In this document: positions 55,890 to 64,000 of the stretch, one piece after another
Position numbering within the stretch: the stretch's first letter is position 1
How the letters are laid out: every line of letters begins with the position of its first letter
NCBI RefSeq assembly: GCF_009914755.1
Contig: NC_060925.1
Strand: one strand, 5' to 3'
From: the human T2T-CHM13v2.0 reference genome, Homo sapiens
Length of the DNA: 64,000 nt
Program-made: the position numbers and the translations under genes
Notes under the pieces: model-generated
What the model saw: the letters and a program-made list of their open reading frames with translations, nothing else
The model's database searches: none
What the model was told of the DNA's origin: nothing

Positions 55890-58637
55890 ATTAAGAATAT
55901 TAAGAGCCTTATAAAAACAGTTGCCTGTCATCTTCTCTTCTGTTTTCTCATCCTGTCTCTATATCTTATATTTCTTCATTTATTCCTCTCAGAGCTAACT
56001 GAATCATCTTACCACTTGTTACATTGATCCCTTGATGTAGTATGAGATTATAAATTATAATTTTAAAGATGGAAATGAATAAGGGTAGAAATGAAATCCC
56101 AGGGCTCATTAAAATATTTGGTTGTCTAAAATTCTAAGCTTAAACTACGATAATATCTGTAGGTGATAGAAGTCATTGTTACATGTAAAAATAATCATCC
56201 TCTAGTTCCTGTGGAAGGATTTCTCTAAAGTGACATTTAAGGGCTATCTCCCCATTCATGCCATCCCAAATGAGGAACAACTCATCTGACTGTGAATCTG
56301 GGGAGTCAGGGTGTAGGGAGCAAATTATGTGCAGATCAGCCCATTGATTTTTCTCTCTTCTAATTTGTCTTCCTGCAGGAAAAAGGATATAGTCTCTAAT
56401 CTGACTTTCATCAGTAATGAAGATCGTTTTTATTTTTAAATTTGATCTGCCTACTATGTCTAGTGCTCCTTTGATTCCAAACTCAAATAGGAACAACACC
56501 AAAAAACAGTATGAGTTACTGTCCACTCCCTAAACCTGCAACACTAACAGAAGAGTGCTATTTCCTCCAATAACTGTTCACTTCCTTCCTATGACACGTA
56601 AGATACCTATGAGCAACCCAGAAGGGGGCTACAATAGAGATACTGTTAGGGCTGATTATGTATGATTCTCGAAGCGCTAGCTTGACCTCTACCTTAAATA
56701 AAACGTAAAGATATACCTTGTTTTTTAAAGTTAATTATTCACAATCTTTAAAATTATTCATTATTTGCATGCTATTATAATAACAAATAATTTGAAAGCT
56801 TTAAAGATGGTACACCAGTATATCATGATCCTAAGAAGGAAAATATGTCTTAGAGAATCCCATAGTACATTAGGCCAGCTAGAAAAAGTTTCCATTCTAA
56901 AAAAGAATTCTATAAAGGTCTCAAACAAACTATCAAACTTGCTTGGAAGACAACACTATTAATTTTCTTTGAAAAGTTCAATGATTCTCCACCTATAATT
57001 CCTAATGCCTTTATTTAACCCAAAGATTTGTGTTCATCCAGCTGAATATAAGTAGTGTTTCCTTTACATGTTACACATGCTAGCCACGCACTAGAAATAG
57101 AGTAATAAACATGAGGCTATTGTTAGAATGATACAAAGTTCTGACAGTGTTAACCAATTGTTCTTACTGTTCAAATGCCATCATGCAGATAATTTTCACA
57201 TCATTAATTACAGTGATTGTCAAGAAATGCCAGAAGTGGCATTTTTTAATGAAAAATATGGTTTTAGGAAATGATACCTTGTTTAATAGGATTATATAAA
57301 TGTCTGATTAGTGAATGAATACACATTTATTATGTAAGAAAATGTTATTTGGATTCCTTATTAGTGCAATCGTCAAAAACAGCCAATGTTGTACTAACAT
57401 GTGATGTTCTATAAAATAGATCACAATATGTTACTATGGAAATCATGCCTCTGGCTTGAATAATATCATTGATAGTTTTAAGTTTAATTTTGCTATTGCA
57501 TTAAGCTGTATGGAAAGTAGGGTGACCCTAATTCACAACTTCAGAAATAATCAGTGGTACTGTCATCTTCAAAATCATTTTCAATATTTTTATAACTCCT
57601 CTCTTTCTCTGTCACAAAAGTTTAAGTTTCAGGACACCTGGATCATGCTGATATTTGGAAGAAAATAAACATTCTAGTAGCAGGTTTTCAGGATACTTTG
57701 CCAACATGGCAGATGTAGACAGATGTTCATTTCCCTTTGCAATCTGCATCATGAAGTTCAGAGTTTCCATTAACTTTAAAGAAGACTTGGAATACTGAAG
57801 AGACATGTAGAGCCAAGAGAAAGGGGTGGACATAAGAAACTAAATTCCAGTTATATGAATTAGGTGCAAAATGAAACCCAGTATAATGCATACAAAATAA
57901 AACTCTATGCGATGCAGGAGTTTTAAAGTCAATTAAAATGTTAAAACAAGGCATCCTCCTAACCATTTTAAGGAAGGTTATGGAATTTCAGTGTTTCGAC
58001 AGAGCTTTAAACAGTTCTCCAACTAATTAAGCATGGTTAAAGTAGAATTTGGAAAACTGTGTATTAAATGAAGAGAACAAAATAGAAACTTGAATTGGAA
58101 TTGCTGTTCCGAGGTTTCTTAAACTAGTGTGTAGCTAAACATGGCTAGAAGCAAAAATCAGAGAAGATAGAGCTGGAATAATGTAAAAATTCCTATTTTT
58201 TTCATTCTGTCTTTAGGGAAACTGTATCTAAAACATCTGAGTAAATGTTTTTTAAAGTCAATGAATTCTAATAATTTGATTTCTATAAGCTCCTTTAAAA
58301 TCTTCATAAAAGTTACAAAGGCAAAGATAGGCTTGATGGCTTGTTTATATCCTTTCTCTTTCAAAAGTTTATGTTGCTGTGTTCTATCTCTGCGGAAACA
58401 GCAATGTGTGTATTAAATTACACTATTTGCTTGAGTGTTAGTACTCCACTGCCAGATTTAATAGTTCTTTAACCTGAGAATTAAAAAACTTGAATTCATT
58501 ATAATAGAAATATTTGATACATTTTCTATAATATTTACAATTAGAGAAAACTAGATCTATTTATTATGTCTTCCAGTATTTGTAAATTAAAATGGTATAA
58601 TTCTCAGATTATTTTAATAACTTTATTTACTTTAAAC

Positions 58638-58979
58638 CAGTGGTCCCCAACTTTTTTGGCCCCAGGGACTGGTTTCATGGAAAACAGTTTTTCCATGGAC
58701 CCAGGATGGGAAGGTGAGGAGGGATGGTTTTGGCATGATTCAAGCGCATTATATTTATTATTAGATTATCATAAGGAGCGTGCAACCTAGATCCCTCGCA
58801 TGCACAGTTCGCAATAGGATTCCTGTTCCTATGAGAATCTCATGCCGCCACAGAACTGACAGGAGGCAGGGCTCAGGCAGTAATGTCGCCGGCCTGCTGC
58901 TCACCTCCTGCTGTGTGGTCCTGTTCCTAACAGGTCACAGACCAGTACCTGTCCACAGCCTGGGGATTGGGGACCCCTG
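58638..58979 (+). mobile_element. MER1B (hAT-Charlie) element
   Basis: Terminal inverted repeats CAGTGGTCCCCAA…TTGGGGACCCCTG and an 8-bp TSD CTTTAAAC/CCTTAAAC. Confidence 0.9.
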
Positions 58980-59621
58980 CCTTAAACAATATGTCATGAA
59001 CATTTTCCATTTATTGATATGTGAACTAAGGTATCAGTTTATATGCTATCATAGCCTATAATTTATTTAACAATGTACCAGGATTCTGTTATGCCATATA
59101 CTATAATTTCCTGAAACATTGTTGAACATCTGAATCATTTTCAATATTTTGATGTTACAAATAGAATAGGTATGGACATCTTGTGTGTCTACTTAATGAC
59201 TGTTCACTTGAGATAAACTTCCTAAAATAAGTTTGCTAAGTCAAATGTTATGTTAAAAGGAAAGATTTTTTCATAGATTTTAACAAATTATTGTACATGA
59301 AAAGTTGTACTAATGAACTCACACAGACACCTCAGCAGTTTATAAAAGTTCCAGCTTCCCCACATTCCCATCAATTCTTGATGGGGTCATTTTTTTTTCA
59401 TCTTTGAGAATGTGATAAGCATTAGTATTTATCAGATAATAAGCATCTCATTTTTATTGTATTTCTTTGATTACTAGTGAAATTTGTAATTTTATCTCTG
59501 TTTGAAACACTCTGTGCCAGACAGAGGAAACCACAACAGCATTTATCCTCAATGTCAAAGAACTTAACTAATGTGTCAATTCTCAGAATATTTATTTCTA
59601 TTACCAAACCCTTAAACTCAC

Positions 59622-59780
59622 TGTATGGGTATTGATCCTCTGTTGTGTAGATTTCAAAACCATCCCTGAGTAAACTGTAAGTAAGCCAGTGGGCATTTGG
59701 AGAATCAGGTGGACTCCAGGAGAGATTGATAGCAGAAGAACTTTGAACTTGTCCTCTGGGCGGAGGTTGCTGGAATGGAG
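59622..59780 (-). CDS. USH2A: USH2A exon 16 (159 nt): PFQQPPPRGQVQSSSAINLSWSPPDSPNAHWLTYSLLRDGFEIYTTEDQYPY
   Basis: TAG acceptor at 59782-59781, GTGAGT donor. The split codon A|GT (Ser) joins exon 17 in frame. Confidence 0.96.
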
Positions 59781-60965
59781 CTAAATTACAATGAAGAGAG
59801 CATTTATTAGCAAAGCAATCAATAAACAGAAAAGCAAACTGAAGTAAGATATCCAGCAAAGAGGTCTTTCTGATTCAGGATTGCTTTATCAAGAAGACAT
59901 GTGGTTTACCAAGACATTAATAAACAAAGGGTTCATGAGTTCTCTAAAACAAAGCTTTTTATCTATAAGCATAAAAAAACTTTTTAGGTCAAAGCAGCTG
60001 GCATAAATATAGTTGGGGGTAAAAAACCACCATAGTTTACATTAAGCATTTCTTTCTTTGCCTTTTTTTTTTTTTTTTGAGAAACCATCCAAGGATGCAC
60101 AACATTTATTTTTTACATAGTTAATTTAAAAGTTGACATAAGTTCCATTGAAACTTGAAATTTAAGTAGCATAATCTTTGGGTTTTTGAGAGGAAGCTTT
60201 CCATTCCATTAAGCACAATGCTTTATCTTGCTTCAGAGAGCACAGTGTAAAAGAAAGAATAATATTTGGTGATATAAATAGCTATGGATGTTAAATAATC
60301 TAAATATTATCAAGAAACGATTTGAATATACTATATGAATGTACCATCACCTGTTAGAGGTGTTTTTAAGATGTAATACAATTGCTTATCAGGCACATAA
60401 GAAATAAGAACATTCATCTCACTACTTAAGTGATGTTTTCTATAATATAAATATATACCATGAAAACATTGTGTTCTGTCACTGTAAATTTTTCTTAGTC
60501 TCCCTGCTTTTGAGAGTGAATTTTCTTTTTTTTCACCAGAATACGCAAAGATAAAGGAGAAAAACAACAGCTAAATATTTTTAGGGACAATCAACCACCA
60601 GTTTACGTACTATTTTCTAGTTTAAACAAGATGCACAATCCCCCATCCATTTAAAGAAGCACAACCTAATCAAACATTCTCCTTAAATAAGATGTCAAGG
60701 GTACAGGTTGCTGTGTTACCTTACTTTTAAACCATTCATCTTTTTGTTAAGAAATATGTAAATGTAAGGTACAGAAAAGAATCCATCAAATAATTAATAT
60801 TTTTATATGAAATATCTACAGTCACTAGAAGCCTCAGTAAAAGAAAGCACACTCAAAAAAAGTAACTTGGGGAGAGCTCAATAAAGGAACCACTTTCAAA
60901 AGGGTGGGCAAAAGAGATGGTCCAGTACTCTCAGGTACAGAACTGCAGAGCTCTTTTGCTATTTA

Positions 60966-61502
60966 TGTCAGGGTTTCTCAAGCCAACCCTGAACCCTGGG
61001 TCTAATGATTCACTAGGAAGACTCAGGACTCATCATATAGTCCTACTCATGGCTAAAATTTATTACAGTGAAATGTTACAGAATTCATCAACAAAGGGAA
61101 AAGGCATATCAATGAAGTCCAGGGGAAACCAAGCACAAGCTTCCAAGAATTCTCTTCCAGTAGAGATAGAATGGGCCTAATTCCCCCAGCAATGCATTAT
61201 GAAAATATGTGTGATGTGTTGCCAATCAGGGAAGCTCCTTAGAAACTCAGTGCACAGGGTTTTTATTGGGGGCTGTTCCTATGAGCAGCCTCTATCTGGC
61301 ATTTACCCAAATTTAAGACCCCCACAAGGAAAGCAGGTGTTAAGCATAAACCGTACTTTGTACAAATGTTTAAGTGCAGTGGTCCTCTCTTATCAGTTCT
61401 GGGGATAGTGGGGATCCAGATGTCAGCCAAAGGCCAACTTTGTAAGCAGGTCTTTCTAAAAATAAGCAGTCAGGCTTGCTATGTTAACTCTTCTCTGCAC
61501 AC
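60966..61502 (-). mobile_element. MER21/MER77-type LTR
   Basis: Reverse complement starts TGTGCAGAGAAGAGTTAACATAGC, typical of this group, and ends …TGACA. Confidence 0.65.
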
Positions 61503-62548
61503 TATCTCTAGCTTAAATGGGGACAGAACTCAGGGACAGAAATGACTGTATGAAGAGCATCACCTGACAGGAGCTATGACCACTCATGGAGGGATGCAGT
61601 TAGCTTGAGGCTGCTTCTACATGGACACAGGGAGCGGGGAATTAAATATCCTGACTTCCTTTTCCACCTGCCCTCCAGATGTTTGGTGGGTCCCTCTTAG
61701 CAGCTGAAATCAACTAACTGATGGCCAGAGGGCAATGGAGGCTGCTGATGCAAACCACATAGAATCTTGGAGGACAGAGCAAAGTGGAAAAGTAGGGAAC
61801 AGTAAAGTGAAGTTATTCTGCAAACTAAGCAAAGACTTCCACCCCAGAGCTATTGCTAATTCACCAGGACCCATGAGTGATGAACTCTTTTTAATAGATA
61901 TAATATATGAACTCTGTCTAAAAGATATAATATAATCAAATTATTACATTTTAAGACAGGATTTCAAGAGCACTTTGATATTTATACACCATACACACAC
62001 ACACACGTTTTTGTCCATGGTTCCTGGCTCATAACTTCCATAGCCTTTGCTATTTCCTTGGTGACTAACACAATAAGCCTATCTTTTGTTGAAGTATTGG
62101 TCTTTTATCCAAGGGTCCTGAAGCAGCTTCAGAACAATTTAAGAGTGATACAGGTGAAGGACAGTCTTTTGTTACAATATTGGGGAGATTTAGGCTTCAG
62201 AAGTAGGCCTCAGAAAATAGGGTCTGTCTCTGTTCTGTTCTGCTTCTACCTGTTCCTTTTTCTCCCCAAGGCAGGCCAGGGAAACTAAAAATATACTCTA
62301 ATGTTCCTCCACCTTTCTGTCTTAGAGCCGGCCATAAGGAAATTCTCTGACCTACCTTGTCTGACTGTGGGTCATGAGACCCTCATTTTAGAAGGAGTCC
62401 TGCCCCATGCCCTGGAGGAATGAATACTGCAGAGAGAGGCCAAGAAGACTCTGAATAGGCAGCCTTGCAGGGTTTCCCCACTCAGTCGATTAGTATGAAA
62501 TCATACTCCTTTTTTTTTTAAAATCACATTTCTACATAGTTGTCCATG

Positions 62549-63049
62549 TGTTGAAGGCCAAAAGAATGAGGGTCGTGATCAACTAAGTATACCACTGGAG
62601 GCTATATGAGTAAACAGCAAACTGTTCTCATGAAAGCAGGATGTTGGCAAGCTGACAAACTGCGTCTGCACCCGGAAGGAATGCTGAGGGCAGTCATGAC
62701 CCAGGCACAAGTGTTTCTTGTTATTAGGCAAATCTGAAGCCTGTTAGTAATAATATGACCCTGTGATCAATCAAGCAGCTGACCAATCATGCCCTCCTCC
62801 TCCCTGCTCTTTCTACCCAATAAATATGAAGGGCTGAAGAAGCTCAGGCAGCTGCCCTTGCTCACAAGAAGCAGGGACCCCTCTTCTTCTTCCCCATGTT
62901 ACCCTTCCTGTAAAATAGTTATTTTTGTTTTAAGTTTTCATTTCTGCGTTCATCCTCCTTCATTCAGTCTTGTAATGACAGTCTCAAATAGTAACAGTAG
63001 TAACTGTTGTAGTGATGGTCTCAAGTAGTAATTGTGGTAGTCTGCCACA
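62549..63049 (+). mobile_element. Solo LTR with 6-bp TSD, probably ERVK (LTR22/HML-5-like)
   Basis: TG…CA termini, perfect TSD TCCATG (62543-62548 and 63050-63055), about 500 bp. A 6-bp TSD fits a betaretrovirus-like integrase. Confidence 0.75.
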
Positions 63050-63094
63050 TCCATGCTTCAGTCATGCCTATCCAATGAAGTTGCTATAAAGGGT

Positions 63095-63340
63095 CGAGGC
63101 GGGCGGATCACGAGGTCAGGAGATCAAGACCATCCTGGCCAACATGGTGAAACCCCGTCTCTACTAAAAATACAAAAATTAGCTGGGCATGGTGGCACAC
63201 ACCTGTAATCCCAGCTACTCGGCAGGCTCAGGCGGAAGAATCGTTTGAACCCGGGAGTCGGAAGTTGCAGTGAGCCAAGATCGCCACTGCATTCCAGCCT
63301 GGCGACAGAGCGAGACTCTGTCTAAAACAACAACAACAAA
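63095..63340 (+). mobile_element. 5'-truncated, CpG-rich Alu (late AluS/AluY-like)
   Basis: Starts at cgaggcgggcggatcacgaggtc, has a (CAA)n tail and an AAAGGGT TSD on both sides. Confidence 0.92.
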
Positions 63341-64000
63341 AAGGGTGTTGGGGGTGGTGGGGGGTGGTGGGGGTACAGGGAGAGCTCCATGTAGTTTAAC
63401 ACGTGGAAGTTCCTGGAGGGTGTGACACCTAGGGAGGACATGGAAGCTCAGCTCCCCTTTCCACGTATCTTGTCCTATGCATTGCTTCATCTGTATCTTT
63501 GCAATATCCTGTATCATAAATCAGTAAAAATAAGTGCTTCCTTATTTTGAGCTGAGCTGCCAAAGTAATTGAACCCAAGGAGGGAGTCATAGGAGCCCCA
63601 ATTTATAGCCAGTGGGTTACAAGCACAGGCAAAATAACCTGGAGCTTGTGATTGGTGTTAGAAGTTGGGGGCAGCCTTGGGGACTGACCCCTCACCCGTG
63701 GAATCTGCCACTACTTCCAGGTATATAGCGCAAGAGTTGAACTGGATTGTAGGATATTAATGCTGCAGAATTGCTTGTTCAACTATGTTGATGGTGGTGT
63801 GAGAACAGAGGGGGAAAATGTTGTTTTATTCTGCACAGCACTGAATGTAAAATATATAAAATTCCATGTACTATGAATAGGCTTCCTAAAGACAAAGTCT
63901 GATCCTAAGGCAGATAATATTTACATCATATGTTTTAAAATATTCAAACTAGATACATGCTCATTGCCCTCCTTTTGTCTTTTTCTTCTTTGGAATTTGC

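Larger units (their letters stand above)
62010..63838 (+). mobile_element. MER21-like LTR hosting two nested insertions
   Basis: MER21-like text (catgcctatccaatgaag…taaa; gaacccaaggagggagtc) resumes on both sides of the inserts. Outer boundaries approximate. Confidence 0.6.

Overview
Human (or close great-ape) genomic DNA inside USH2A (usherin), which runs on the minus strand. Six coding exons are resolved with exact GT-AG boundaries: 159, 495, 270, 170, 145 and 231 nt, matching exons 16-21 as I recall them. They encode FN3 repeats and the start of LamG1. The read-through end of the short secreted isoform (…TDFTG-KCV*) is also visible. Bases 1-5031 are the 3' part of a HERV-H provirus antisense to USH2A in intron 21. 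Its gag/pro/pol are decayed, but env is full length (584 codons) and broken only by one TGA at the first Arg of the furin site. That leaves an intact 383-aa SU-only ORF and a separate intact TM ORF, the most interesting signal in the window. Also present: a 5'-truncated MRPS18B processed pseudogene with an Alu in its 3'UTR, several solo LTRs with target-site duplications (TSDs), an ERVL remnant, a nested LTR/LTR/Alu cluster, and L1, L2, MIR, Alu and DNA-transposon fossils. Repeat subfamily names come from memory of consensus sequences and need a RepeatMasker/Dfam check.
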